A stretch of 64,000 nucleotides of DNA, taken from Escherichia phage rV5_ev147. Under the pieces are notes generated by a model. That model was not told the origin of the DNA. It made no database searches and saw only the letters and a list, made by a program, of their open reading frames with translations. Of this stretch, positions 1 to 9,376 are shown piece by piece. The stretch lies in the sequence record LR597647; one strand, 5' to 3'. Each line of letters opens with the position of its first letter. The stretch's first letter is position 1. The position numbers and the translations under genes were made by a program.

Positions 1-231
1 GTCGGACTGATAGCGTTGTGCCCAGATTGTCACACATCTGTGCATCCTGGGTTAGCAAATATCCGTGGAAAGTATGCTCAGGCAGTTAGTCAGTTGGCTA
101 AGGTGAATAAGATCACCAAGGGTATGGCAGAGGCGTATTACCGAGACTGCTTTGCAGAGTGGCGTGAGCTTAGTAAAGTTCCAGAATGGAAGACTGACTT
201 TTCGTGGATAGAGGGTTACCTTGATGGCTAA
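1..231 (+). CDS. hypothetical protein, possibly 5'-truncated by window edge (CPDCH Cys motif)
   Basis: ORF frame open to position 1; first ATG at 16. Confidence 0.3.
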   Translation, partial: VGLIALCPDCHTSVHPGLANIRGKYAQAVSQLAKVNKITKGMAEAYYRDCFAEWRELSKVPEWKTDFSWIEGYLDG

Positions 232-514
232 GAAACCTTTAAAAGAGAAATTTGATAAGACAGCTTTTGTATTCGATACACCTCTGGACGACATCATCAG
301 AGGTATGCAATCCTTGTATCGGAAGGCTGAATCTGAGCAGTTGTCTGAATCAGAACTTTACTGGCTTGGTTGGTGGGAGTTAAACCTGCCTAAAGCTGAA
401 AGTTCTTGTCTGAGAACTGTTAAAACGTGCGCCCAAGAAAACGCTGCACTTGGAATCTACCACAAAAGGAAAAGATCAACAAAAAGCTCTCCAAGAAAGA
501 CCAAAAAGTCTTGA
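221..514 (+). CDS. hypothetical protein with basic C-terminus
   Basis: ORF collinear with neighbours; Lys/Arg-rich tail. Confidence 0.35.
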   Translation: MMAKKPLKEKFDKTAFVFDTPLDDIIRGMQSLYRKAESEQLSESELYWLGWWELNLPKAESSCLRTVKTCAQENAALGIYHKRKRSTKSSPRKTKKS

Positions 515-540
515 CAAAAGTGTTATTAATCTGATATTAT
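511..540 (+). promoter_or_regulatory. sigma70-like promoter (TTGACA-18 bp-TATTAT)
   Basis: consensus -35 at 511-516, -10 at 535-540, RBS aggag before ATG 574. Confidence 0.5.
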
Positions 541-573
541 CGGTCAGATATCTATAAACTAGGAGAACTAGAT

Positions 574-882
574 ATGCTTAAAATTTTTATTGTTGAAGAT
601 AAAGATATTGTCCAGTTGTATGCAAACGAGAATCATAAAGGTATGATTCTGAAGAAGGCAAGCAACCTTCATGAAAACACAATTCAACCTGGCGATGTAA
701 TTAAGATCTGTGGTTATATGATATCAGACTCCTTGATGAAAATAACCCACCACTGGGGGTCTAATCCGTTCCTTTTTGAAAAGTATTGGGATGTTGAGTC
801 ACTTATTGCAGAGAGTGATGATGCATTCCATTACAGCATCCAACCATCTTGCAGAATAACTAACAGGAGGGTCTTTGAGTAG
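574..882 (+). CDS. hypothetical protein
   Basis: ORF with upstream promoter and RBS. Confidence 0.45.
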   Translation: MLKIFIVEDKDIVQLYANENHKGMILKKASNLHENTIQPGDVIKICGYMISDSLMKITHHWGSNPFLFEKYWDVESLIAESDDAFHYSIQPSCRITNRRVFE

Positions 883-2014
883 AGAATATCCACTTATTGA
901 GTCCATAGATTGTCTGGCTGATCTTCTTGAACCTGACGCTATAGTTTATTATGACTTCGATCAGGTTGCATATCAAGCTGCAGCAAGTTGTGAAAAAAGG
1001 ACAATTGAGGTAACACACAAAGCCTCCGGACGTAAGAAGATGTTTAAAACACGAACAGAGTTCTGGGGGCGGCAGAAGAACACCGTTGGTGGTTGGTTAA
1101 AAGCTGAGAATACCAACCGTGAAGCTGCATGTAAAAAGGCTGGCAAGGAGTTTATTCCGTGGACACGAGAAGATTTCGATGTCTTGGATATCCAAACCCC
1201 TGATCCTGTAGAGAACTGCTTGCACACAATTAAGTGTAAAGCTAATGCAGTCCTTAATTATCTCGGTATTCCGGAAGATCGGTGCGTGGGGGTACTTGGA
1301 GGCACAGGTAATTTCAGACTAGATCTTCCCATGCCGGAAAGATATAAAGCCAACCGTAACAATACTCTTCGACCACTGCTGCTTGGAGATGCAAGACAGT
1401 ATCTCCAAAAGCAGTATAATGCTCAAGTGATCAACGGTATCGAGGCTGACGACTGGTTAGCTATCCAGCAATTTGAAGGTTGGAACCACTACCAAAAAAC
1501 AGGTAAGTTCAACAAGTTTATTATCTCTATTGATAAGGACCAAAGAACACTACCGGGGCTTGTGTTCGATCCCATGCGAAACGATAAGGGAGATTTTGTA
1601 AGAGAAACCCCTATGCTGATCGATAACGGTATGGGGAACATCTTCATGAAGCCTAATGGAGAGGTTGGTGGTTACGGAATGCTGTTCTTCGGATACCAAA
1701 TGCTGTGTGGTGACTCTGCTGACAACATTAAGCCGTATCAAGGACTTATCGGTAAGGGTAAGTTCGGAGATGCCTCAGCATTCTACCTACTGTCTCAGTG
1801 CAGCACTCCAAAGGAGATGTGGGTGGCTATTATTGATCAGTACAAGAAGTGGTTCCCAAAAGGTGTTGTTAAGTATACTGACTTCAATGGTATTGATCGT
1901 AGAATTTCCGTAGGTCAGTGGATGAGTATAATTTTTGACTGTTTGTATATGAAGCGAACATTCAATGATCAAACAAAACTTGTTAACGTTCTTAGAAATG
2001 TTGGAGCAATTTGA
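875..2014 (+). CDS. 5'-3' exonuclease / flap endonuclease (FEN family)
   Basis: motifs GIEADDWLA and LCGDSADNIKPYQGLIGKGKF match the 5'-nuclease signature (EADD, GDxxDNIPG..GIG.KTA). Confidence 0.75.
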   Translation: MSREYPLIESIDCLADLLEPDAIVYYDFDQVAYQAAASCEKRTIEVTHKASGRKKMFKTRTEFWGRQKNTVGGWLKAENTNREAACKKAGKEFIPWTREDFDVLDIQTPDPVENCLHTIKCKANAVLNYLGIPEDRCVGVLGGTGNFRLDLPMPERYKANRNNTLRPLLLGDARQYLQKQYNAQVINGIEADDWLAIQQFEGWNHYQKTGKFNKFIISIDKDQRTLPGLVFDPMRNDKGDFVRETPMLIDNGMGNIFMKPNGEVGGYGMLFFGYQMLCGDSADNIKPYQGLIGKGKFGDASAFYLLSQCSTPKEMWVAIIDQYKKWFPKGVVKYTDFNGIDRRISVGQWMSIIFDCLYMKRTFNDQTKLVNVLRNVGAI

Positions 2015-2346
2015 TGACTAAAAATTCTGTAGATAACGCAATTATGGAAGCTGTTTTTGAGGATGATCACACAACAGGGACACTTAAAACAAAAAATACA
2101 TTCGTTGTTGCCACAGGTATGTGGCGGTTGTATGAAGATGACACCATTTCATACATCCTGTACACGGATGATTACGCAGATGACCGTGTATGGTCTGCTG
2201 TTTTAAAAGAGGATTGTGAGCTGATTGAGGGCGAGCGGTTATGCATGTTCACCAGTGTGGAAACAGATGTTAAGCTTTGCTCTCTCGTATTGTTCAAAGA
2301 TAAGGCTTATGCTCCTGATGAAGGAGAGGAGGATGAGGAAGCATGA
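2011..2346 (+). CDS. hypothetical acidic protein
   Basis: ORF, overlapping stop/start with neighbours. Confidence 0.4.
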   Translation: MMTKNSVDNAIMEAVFEDDHTTGTLKTKNTFVVATGMWRLYEDDTISYILYTDDYADDRVWSAVLKEDCELIEGERLCMFTSVETDVKLCSLVLFKDKAYAPDEGEEDEEA

Positions 2347-2972
2347 GAGAGCGTCTATTATCCATAGACCAGTCGTTGACACACACAGCTTGCGTTGTAT
2401 GGGACGATGGAAAGCCTGTTCATAAGGTTGTGTTACGAACTCAAAGCTCATCTGCAAAAGAGAAGAAACCAGGGACGGTTTCTTTTGCAACAGCTGCTGA
2501 GCGTATTGACTGGATCTGCAAACAGGTCAGATATTATATCCACACGCACGGCGTTGACACTGTAGTTATGGAAGGGCTTTCCTTTGGATCACGCGGGGAT
2601 GCCACACGTGAACTGGCTGGGTTGTTTTACGGTCTTGAAGTTATGCTTTGGGATGCCTTAGCTGATTGTGAAAATGACGGCCTGTTTAAGGTCCACACAG
2701 TGACACCAACAACTGCCAAAAAGTTTGCTCGTGGTCATCTTCCTGAGGAACTTGCTTTCGAGGAGAAGAAAAAGCTTGACAAAAAGACAGGTAAAGAGCA
2801 TACTGTGAAGAAACCTGTTACGATGGATAAAAAGTTGATGGTTAAGGCCTGCGAAGTATCTGAACCTGGGTTCCTAGATGGGATCAATTTGGTACAAGGT
2901 AAGGCCGATCTCGCAGATGCTTATTGGATAGGCAGGGCGCATCTGGAGGGATTATCGCAAAGCGTAAAATAA
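2343..2972 (+). CDS. RuvC-like Holliday junction resolvase (putative)
   Basis: IDQS...VVMEG...ATRELAGLFYGLEV pattern resembling RuvC catalytic D/E layout. Confidence 0.5.
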   Translation: MRERLLSIDQSLTHTACVVWDDGKPVHKVVLRTQSSSAKEKKPGTVSFATAAERIDWICKQVRYYIHTHGVDTVVMEGLSFGSRGDATRELAGLFYGLEVMLWDALADCENDGLFKVHTVTPTTAKKFARGHLPEELAFEEKKKLDKKTGKEHTVKKPVTMDKKLMVKACEVSEPGFLDGINLVQGKADLADAYWIGRAHLEGLSQSVK

Positions 2973-3529
2973 GAAAGAAAGCTGTCAAAGCCCCCGTTCA
3001 TAACGGGTGGTTAAAAGATTCTAAGGACATAGCCAACTTTCGAAAAGAATTGTCAGAGGAGCAGGATGGTCTTGATCCTATCTTGTGCGAGCCACTTCGT
3101 AAGCCTTGTTTGGATCATGACCATCTGACTGGTCGTTGCAGGGGTGTTTTGTCCCAATGCACTAATACCTTTGAGGGGTATGTGCTTAAATACTGGATGA
3201 AATACTGTAACGAGTATACAGATTGCAGTTTATCAGAGGCGTTGCGCCGGATGGCTGACTATTTGGAGAAAGACTACAGCGACTCCCCGCTCCACAAAAA
3301 CTACAGAGATGATATGACAAAGTTCTTGAGGAGATGCTCTAAAGCTACGATCATTGCACGAGCAGAATCAGATCTCAATCTTGTCATTAATCCGGAGTGC
3401 ACCAAGCATGAGGCTATTGAGTTCTACATGCAGGAGTTTATAAAGAAAACTGAGGAGAGAGATTTCTATGGGGATGAAAAAGGTATTCAATCCTTGCGAT
3501 TCAGTTCTGATCAGGATGAAATACCGTAA
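2924..3529 (+). CDS. endonuclease VII-like (HNH-type) recombination endonuclease
   Basis: CLDHDHLTGRCRGVLSQCTN matches T4 endo VII core (LDHDH..G..RG.LC..CN); start codon uncertain. Confidence 0.7.
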   Translation: MDRQGASGGIIAKRKIRKKAVKAPVHNGWLKDSKDIANFRKELSEEQDGLDPILCEPLRKPCLDHDHLTGRCRGVLSQCTNTFEGYVLKYWMKYCNEYTDCSLSEALRRMADYLEKDYSDSPLHKNYRDDMTKFLRRCSKATIIARAESDLNLVINPECTKHEAIEFYMQEFIKKTEERDFYGDEKGIQSLRFSSDQDEIP

Positions 3530-3689
3530 CTGGAAAGGTGTTGTTGCAGATCGCTGCGTTACTGAACCTAATTTATGGTTTGGCTCTACAGAGTATCATA
3601 AAGAAGAGCAGTGGTTGATGCGTGCCTTCGATGTAGACAAGGGCGAATATCGTGACTTCGCTTTAAAAGACATTCTTCAGTTTTACTAA
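3468..3689 (+). CDS. hypothetical protein
   Basis: ORF; start uncertain (overlap with upstream gene). Confidence 0.35.
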   Translation: MGMKKVFNPCDSVLIRMKYRNWKGVVADRCVTEPNLWFGSTEYHKEEQWLMRAFDVDKGEYRDFALKDILQFY

Positions 3690-3701
3690 GGAATCTTAAC
3701 G

Positions 3702-4685
3702 ATGATGACAAAGTTAACTCTTGAGCAAATTTTAACACTAAAGCAACAGGGATACACTAATAGACAAATTGCTCGTGAATTTTTAGGCCGTGAGTCACGT
3801 GAGAGCTGGATCCGACTACAGCTTAAACGTGCACAAGAGAATATGTCAGAGATTGTAGGAGAAGCAACGGAGCGCTTCCTTGAAGAGCACAAAGGTGCTA
3901 AAGTTTGGGTGTATGATACAGAGACATCTCCAACAAACGGCTGGTTCTTTGGGCACTATAAGACCAACATTCAAACCTGCGGTATTGAAATTATGCCCTA
4001 CATGCTAACTTTCGCAGGTAAGTGGTTAGACAGTCCTAGTGTGGTTGACTGCGCTCTTCCTGATTACAAAATGTGGGATGAGGATATTCACAATGATCTC
4101 GAATTGATTCAGGATTTGTGGTATTATCTGGATAAATGTGATGTCGCAGTAGCCCACAATTCAGGTTTTGACTGTGGGTGGGCCAACCAACGATTTGCAT
4201 TTCACGGATTGCCTCCAACAAGCCCCTACAAAGAGGTTGACACCCTTAAAATGATCAAGAAGGCATTCCGTTTGAATGCAAACACTTTGGAGTATGCATG
4301 CAAATACTTCCAACTTGCCCGACAGAAACTGATTGACCACACATTTGAAATGTGGATCAAGTGTGTTCACGGTGATCTTGAGGCGTTTAAACAGATGCGG
4401 GAGTACAATGTTGGCGATATCCTATCTCTGGAAGGCCTGTATTTGCTGGCTCGCCCGTTTGCTAAGCAGCACCCCAACATGTCATTGTACTACCAGGATG
4501 AGGAGCCAAAAGTTCGTTGCCCACGCTGTGGTGGAGAACACCTTCACGAGGAAGAAGCTTTGGCGTATACTCAACTGAGTGCATTTAAAACATACCGCTG
4601 CGAAGGTTGTGGATCTGTTGTTCGTGACCGTAACAACATCCGCACCAGAGAAGAAATGAAAAATACCCTGATTCAGATAATCTAA
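3702..4685 (+). CDS. DnaQ-like 3'-5' exonuclease with N-terminal HTH and C-terminal zinc ribbon
   Basis: Exo motifs VYDTETS and AHNSGFDCGW; HTH TNRQIAREF; CPRCGG...CEGCG. Confidence 0.65.
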   Translation: MMTKLTLEQILTLKQQGYTNRQIAREFLGRESRESWIRLQLKRAQENMSEIVGEATERFLEEHKGAKVWVYDTETSPTNGWFFGHYKTNIQTCGIEIMPYMLTFAGKWLDSPSVVDCALPDYKMWDEDIHNDLELIQDLWYYLDKCDVAVAHNSGFDCGWANQRFAFHGLPPTSPYKEVDTLKMIKKAFRLNANTLEYACKYFQLARQKLIDHTFEMWIKCVHGDLEAFKQMREYNVGDILSLEGLYLLARPFAKQHPNMSLYYQDEEPKVRCPRCGGEHLHEEEALAYTQLSAFKTYRCEGCGSVVRDRNNIRTREEMKNTLIQII

Positions 4686-4693
4686 CAATTATA

Positions 4694-4720
4694 GGGAGGC
4701 TTGCGCCTCCCTTTTCCTTT
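4694..4720 (+). terminator. rho-independent terminator
   Basis: hairpin GGGAGGC-ttgc-GCCTCCC followed by TTTTCCTTT. Confidence 0.6.
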
Positions 4721-4730
4721 TGGAGGCACT

Positions 4731-5549
4731 TTGAGCAAGAAAGAGTCCAACGACAAATACTACACAAACCCTGAGTATGCAGAATATCTTGTTGGTAAAG
4801 TAAAAGATAAGTATGGGAATTGTGCATACGTTGAGCCTTCTGCTGGAAGGGGTTCTTTTTCAAAACTATTTTCAGAGATACTGTCGTACGATTTAGTACC
4901 AGATCCTGAATTTGAAGGACCAACACCGTGCATTCAGGCAAACTTCTTGGAGGTGCATCCCAAGGCAGATGTCTTCATAGGTAACCCACCATTTGGCAAG
5001 AATTCATCCTTAGCTTGCAAATTCTTTAACCATTGTGCATCATTGCTAGAGCTTGGAGGGGCTATAGCCTTCATCTTGCCACGGACATTTGAAAAAATAT
5101 TTTTTGCAAACAAACTGGACATGTCGATGCACCTTGTCTACAGCGAAAGGTGCCCTAAGAATTCGTTTTTACTTAATGGCAAACCTTATGACGTGCCATG
5201 TGTTTTCCAAATTTGGGAGAAAAAGGCGTGCAATAGGGATCCTGTAGAGATTGGAGAGAATAAGTTATTTTCTTTTAGCACACCAGATGACTACGACTTC
5301 TGTGTAAGACGTGTTGGGTATAATGCTGGAAAAGTATTGGGGGATGATGACCCAAAATCTGAAGAATCAACATATTTCATAAAATCTTTAGTTAACGGTG
5401 TTGACAGAGTGTTTGCTGAATGCTATTCTTCTTTTCAAGAAGAAGCAGGTAAGACTGCTGGAATGAAGAGTATAGGTAAGAAAGAACTACAATACATTTT
5501 GGAGACCAGGTATGATCAAAAGCATAGACTTGACCAAAGAACTTACTGA
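4731..5549 (+). CDS. DNA N6-adenine methyltransferase (TTG start)
   Basis: AdoMet motif VEPSAGRGSF and catalytic IGNPPFG; GGAGG RBS 5 nt before TTG 4731. Confidence 0.7.
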   Translation: MSKKESNDKYYTNPEYAEYLVGKVKDKYGNCAYVEPSAGRGSFSKLFSEILSYDLVPDPEFEGPTPCIQANFLEVHPKADVFIGNPPFGKNSSLACKFFNHCASLLELGGAIAFILPRTFEKIFFANKLDMSMHLVYSERCPKNSFLLNGKPYDVPCVFQIWEKKACNRDPVEIGENKLFSFSTPDDYDFCVRRVGYNAGKVLGDDDPKSEESTYFIKSLVNGVDRVFAECYSSFQEEAGKTAGMKSIGKKELQYILETRYDQKHRLDQRTY

Positions 5550-5970
5550 TGCAAAAGCTTTTGGTGAGACAGCGGTACAAAGAGGACAGGCGATGGGACT
5601 GGCACTACCTTTCGTCTTAAAAGAGCACTTTACAGATTTTCAACTTATCAAAGGTGATAAGGGAATGCTTATCCTGGAGCATAAGTTGAGTAAGAAACGC
5701 TATAAAGTCGTTTTTAATTCTAAAGCTCCAACAAAACTGGGATTCAGAACTTACAATCTTAACCCATCCTACACTAAGGGTGTTGGAAGGGTAGAACAAC
5801 AGCATTTCAGTGCCAGAGCTTCTTTAGCCCCTTTGATGCTAAATTTCTCAGGGGTGGCTTTAGGATACCTTGATAAGAAAAGGGTTCTTCATGTTCGTTT
5901 CACAGACTTTGTAACGCTTTTAGCTAACAACGAGGTTGATGAGAAGGGACGTGTAAAAACAAACTTCTAA
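5512..5970 (+). CDS. hypothetical protein
   Basis: ORF collinear. Confidence 0.4.
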   Translation: MIKSIDLTKELTDAKAFGETAVQRGQAMGLALPFVLKEHFTDFQLIKGDKGMLILEHKLSKKRYKVVFNSKAPTKLGFRTYNLNPSYTKGVGRVEQQHFSARASLAPLMLNFSGVALGYLDKKRVLHVRFTDFVTLLANNEVDEKGRVKTNF

Positions 5971-5985
5971 TAACGCATAGTATGA

Positions 5986-6189
5986 TTGGAGACCGAAATG
6001 ACACTAGAGTTAACAATTCCAGACAGCTTTTCAGAAAACTTTATCCCAGAAATGATGAGTAAGATGCGATCATTGCTTGATCAGATTGAGGAGGTTGTTT
6101 GGGAAGACGATGCTGTAGTGGCTAACGAGCTGGTAGATAAGTGTAAAAGTATTATTGATGCAGTTGAAGAATACCACGGAGGTTTTTAA
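5986..6189 (+). CDS. hypothetical acidic protein
   Basis: ORF with RBS. Confidence 0.4.
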   Translation: METEMTLELTIPDSFSENFIPEMMSKMRSLLDQIEEVVWEDDAVVANELVDKCKSIIDAVEEYHGGF

Positions 6190-6803
6190 TGGATATTATT
6201 GTTCTTAACGCCCCACCCAGCAGTGGTAAGGATCACATTGCAGATCTCTTGTTGGAAGCTATTCCTAACTCACACCACCGTGAGGTTAAGGAAATGCTCT
6301 TCAGTGTGGCAATTAAGGCAGCTGGTGTAACTCCTCAACTCTGGAATGCACTTTATGACCGCCACTACAAAGAAGAGCCTTGCCCTTTCTTAATGATAGA
6401 CGGCAAGCATGTTTCTCCGCGAGAATGGATGATCCATTGTAGTGAAAATCTGATTAAACCTATCTTTGGTGAAGATGCTTTCGGTAAAGCCGCAGTCGCA
6501 TCTTTGAAGAAAGATTTCCCTGAAGGTAAAGGGGTTATTGTTTACTCCGATGGGGGATTCAAAGAGGAGCTGGCATGCCTTAGCGAGTACGCATACAGCA
6601 CAGGTGGAGATCTGTTGTTGTTCCGTATTCACCGTGTAGGATATGACTGGGGAAATGATTCCAGAACCTATCTAAGTCTGGAAAAGAACGGAATAAAAGG
6701 GGTTGAGTTTGATGTTGTAAACCCTGAAGGTGCACCTTGGGAGTGTGCATCGGAGATTGTGTGCAAGTATATTGATGCTAAAGAGGCCCAAGAAGAATGT
6801 TAA
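6189..6803 (+). CDS. deoxynucleoside monophosphate kinase-like P-loop protein
   Basis: N-terminal IIVLNAPPSSGKDHIADLL resembles phage dNMP kinase P-loop. Confidence 0.55.
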   Translation: MDIIVLNAPPSSGKDHIADLLLEAIPNSHHREVKEMLFSVAIKAAGVTPQLWNALYDRHYKEEPCPFLMIDGKHVSPREWMIHCSENLIKPIFGEDAFGKAAVASLKKDFPEGKGVIVYSDGGFKEELACLSEYAYSTGGDLLLFRIHRVGYDWGNDSRTYLSLEKNGIKGVEFDVVNPEGAPWECASEIVCKYIDAKEAQEEC

Positions 6804-7390
6804 TCGGAATTGATGTAGATCTGACACTGGTAGATTCAGGAACAGCATGGTGGGAGTGGTTGGAGCGTTTGTATGGTCCAGCCAGTAAGACAGTAGCTAA
6901 ACCTTCTAATGGGCTAATGTATTACGATCTGTCAAAGTATTGGCCTGATCGTCCCAAAGAAAACATCATAGGACCTTTTGATTTCTGGAGTGATCCGTTC
7001 CTCTACGACTTCCTTAAGCCTGAAGAGGGGGCTATTGAGGTTATGAAAGATTTGGTGGCTCGTGGTCACAAGCTTGCATTTATCTCGGTATGCAAGAAAG
7101 GTCACCTTGCATCTAAATCAAGGTTCTTAAAGCGTTGGACCAGTGATTTTATGGATCTGGACGATCACACCCAGGGCCACGGCTTCTACGCCACACATTT
7201 CAAAGGGAATGTGGCTGTAGATGTTATAATTGACGACAGGCATGAATACCTGAACCAATTCGCTTCACGACCTGAAGTTATTAAAATCCTAAAAGATACG
7301 CCTTATGAGCAATTCGAGGAGTTAAAGGTCAGTGTTGACTATACCGCTAATAGCTGGTATAAAATAGGAAAATTTTTAGAAGGTATTTGA
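6797..7390 (+). CDS. HAD-family 5'(3')-deoxyribonucleotidase
   Basis: N-terminal IGIDVDLTLVDS (DxD HAD motif I) and later VIIDD. Confidence 0.55.
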   Translation: MLIGIDVDLTLVDSGTAWWEWLERLYGPASKTVAKPSNGLMYYDLSKYWPDRPKENIIGPFDFWSDPFLYDFLKPEEGAIEVMKDLVARGHKLAFISVCKKGHLASKSRFLKRWTSDFMDLDDHTQGHGFYATHFKGNVAVDVIIDDRHEYLNQFASRPEVIKILKDTPYEQFEELKVSVDYTANSWYKIGKFLEGI

Positions 7391-7391
7391 A

Positions 7392-7592
7392 ATGGGCAGA
7401 TGTTCTAAAGGTGGCGATCCTGTAGTCAGATACGGTGACTGGCTAGAGGTGTATGATCTAGGAGGTAAGCTAGTGTATGCCTCTAGGATCACCCAAGATA
7501 TGTGCTCTGACATGTTCAACAGATACCTTGCATTTAAGGCCAACATAAACCCAGACGAAATTTCCAAAATTAAAACAAGGAGAGCTAAATAA
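7392..7592 (+). CDS. hypothetical protein
   Basis: ORF. Confidence 0.4.
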   Translation: MGRCSKGGDPVVRYGDWLEVYDLGGKLVYASRITQDMCSDMFNRYLAFKANINPDEISKIKTRRAK

Positions 7593-8575
7593 TGCTAAAA
7601 CTGTGCACTGCAAAGATTATTGCTGACAGCATTTCCGAGAAAGGTAAGCGTATCACCACTTTTGAACTAGAGTATCCTCGAATTATTCACTCAGAGCTTA
7701 TGACGCACCGAGTGTTCAGCCGAAACGCCATGTCTTCCCGTGCAGTACCTGTCGGCAAGATGCTGCAACAGATTGTGGAGAATCCGGCAATGCCAGTTCG
7801 CTTCGGTGTAAATAAGCGAGGAATGGAAGATGGTGGGGAACACGATCAAAAGATCCGTGTAGAGTACACTGACATGGAGCTAACTCCTGAAGAGTTTTGG
7901 AAAGAAGCTGCAAAAAACGCCGCTTGGCATGCAGAGAAGTTCGCCCTTGCTGGTTACCATAAGCAAGTATGTAACCGCTTAGTGGAGCCGTTCCAGCGCA
8001 TGAAAACAGTTGTAACAAGCACCGAGTGGAATAATTTTTTCCACCTCCGTTGCTGGCACGATGCGGATCCTACGATTCAGATGTTAGCTAATTGTATGTG
8101 GGAGGCTCTTGAGAATAGCACTCCTGAAATCCTTAAACCGGGTCAATGGCACACCCCATATGTAGAGCACGTTTATTTGGACGGAGAGTTTAACTACGCT
8201 GTACGTGACACAGAAGGAAAGCTCTGCATTCTCGATACTAAAGAAGCTCTGTCTATCAGTGCTAGTTGCTGTGCACAAGTATCTTATCGAAATATTGACA
8301 GCACGTTTGAAAAGGCAGATAGTGTGGCTAAAAAATTGATTGGTGGGGATCGTATTCATGCAAGCCCTTACGAGCACCAGGCAACACCTATGGATCACGA
8401 TAACGCAATGGAACGTTTAAACTACTACCTGTCTTCATGTGAAATCACACAAGACATCAGTACTTGGCAGGAAGGTGTAACCCATCAAGACCGTGATGGT
8501 AAATTCTGGTCTGCCAACTTTTGTGGGTGGGTTCAGCACAGACAACTGCTTAATAACCACTTCGTGAAAGGTTAA
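7592..8575 (+). CDS. thyX: flavin-dependent thymidylate synthase ThyX-like
   Basis: THR-x7-SSR resembles ThyX signature RHR-x7-SxR; sits in nucleotide metabolism module. Confidence 0.5.
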   Translation: MLKLCTAKIIADSISEKGKRITTFELEYPRIIHSELMTHRVFSRNAMSSRAVPVGKMLQQIVENPAMPVRFGVNKRGMEDGGEHDQKIRVEYTDMELTPEEFWKEAAKNAAWHAEKFALAGYHKQVCNRLVEPFQRMKTVVTSTEWNNFFHLRCWHDADPTIQMLANCMWEALENSTPEILKPGQWHTPYVEHVYLDGEFNYAVRDTEGKLCILDTKEALSISASCCAQVSYRNIDSTFEKADSVAKKLIGGDRIHASPYEHQATPMDHDNAMERLNYYLSSCEITQDISTWQEGVTHQDRDGKFWSANFCGWVQHRQLLNNHFVKG

Positions 8576-8604
8576 TCCTATCACAGCGATAGGTAACTTT
8601 TGTG

Positions 8605-8633
8605 TTGACTAATAGTATTAGATAATCTATAAT
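8605..8633 (+). promoter_or_regulatory. sigma70-like promoter (TTGACT-17-TATAAT)
   Basis: consensus hexamers, 17 bp spacer. Confidence 0.55.
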
Positions 8634-8634
8634 A

Positions 8635-9135
8635 ATGGCTCACTTTGTTGGTGAGCCAGAAATGGAGACAGATATGAGTAATGTTATGATTCCTAAAAAG
8701 ACATTTATTTCAGTTACTTTAGATTTTCTATCTACCGTCCCCGGGTTTAACGTTCGCACACGAAACGGTCTCCGAGCTGCACTCTTTGCCGTAGGGTTTG
8801 ATTTAAAAAGTATTGATGTTCTTCGTGGAAAAAACGTTCGATGCAAAAATAAGCCAACACATTATCGAAAGGCAGATGTATTTGCTGGTGTCATGCGTGC
8901 AGACTTTAGATACCCACAAATGTATAACGGTGTAGATATTTTAGATGTAGATAAAGCACCTGGTGAGGCAATGCTTGTTCAAGATCTCCCGTATGATATC
9001 CCTGTAGAGGATCGTGTTAATGTAAGAAAGTATACAAAACAATCTGAAAAGGCTGAAGATATTCATATTGTTGATGAACCTTTCAATTTTGAAGATCTGC
9101 ATCGCCTGGAAAAATTATTCGGTATTGAAAGCTAA
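8635..9135 (+). CDS. hypothetical protein (start uncertain)
   Basis: ORF; first ATG lies inside promoter footprint so true start probably downstream. Confidence 0.4.
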   Translation: MAHFVGEPEMETDMSNVMIPKKTFISVTLDFLSTVPGFNVRTRNGLRAALFAVGFDLKSIDVLRGKNVRCKNKPTHYRKADVFAGVMRADFRYPQMYNGVDILDVDKAPGEAMLVQDLPYDIPVEDRVNVRKYTKQSEKAEDIHIVDEPFNFEDLHRLEKLFGIES

Positions 9136-9145
9136 GGTGGTGAAG

Positions 9146-9376
9146 ATGAGTCATAACTCCAAGTGGAAGGATCTTGGTTTTGCAAGTCGGGCAGAGTATG
9201 TTGGTTGGCTTTGGTTCAATGGCCTGACAAACGATATTAAAATGTATGATGATGTCTATTATGACGAGTATACAGGTAAAATTATAAATATCTCTGTAGA
9301 AGAGGATACTTTTATCCAGCAAGATACTGATACCTGCCTTGATAAATACGTTAGTGAAGTGGAGGAAGCAAATTGA
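9146..9376 (+). CDS. hypothetical protein
   Basis: RBS aaggtggtgaag before ATG 9146. Confidence 0.4.
   Translation: MSHNSKWKDLGFASRAEYVGWLWFNGLTNDIKMYDDVYYDEYTGKIINISVEEDTFIQQDTDTCLDKYVSEVEEAN

Noticed and set aside
52-297. Minus-strand ORFs embedded in plus-strand genes (also 973-1227, 10390-11409, 13319-15247, 16105-16575 and similar)
   Set aside because: They lie antisense inside strongly supported genes (NrdA, NrdD, PhoH and others), have no RBS and break the collinear packing; treated as shadow ORFs.
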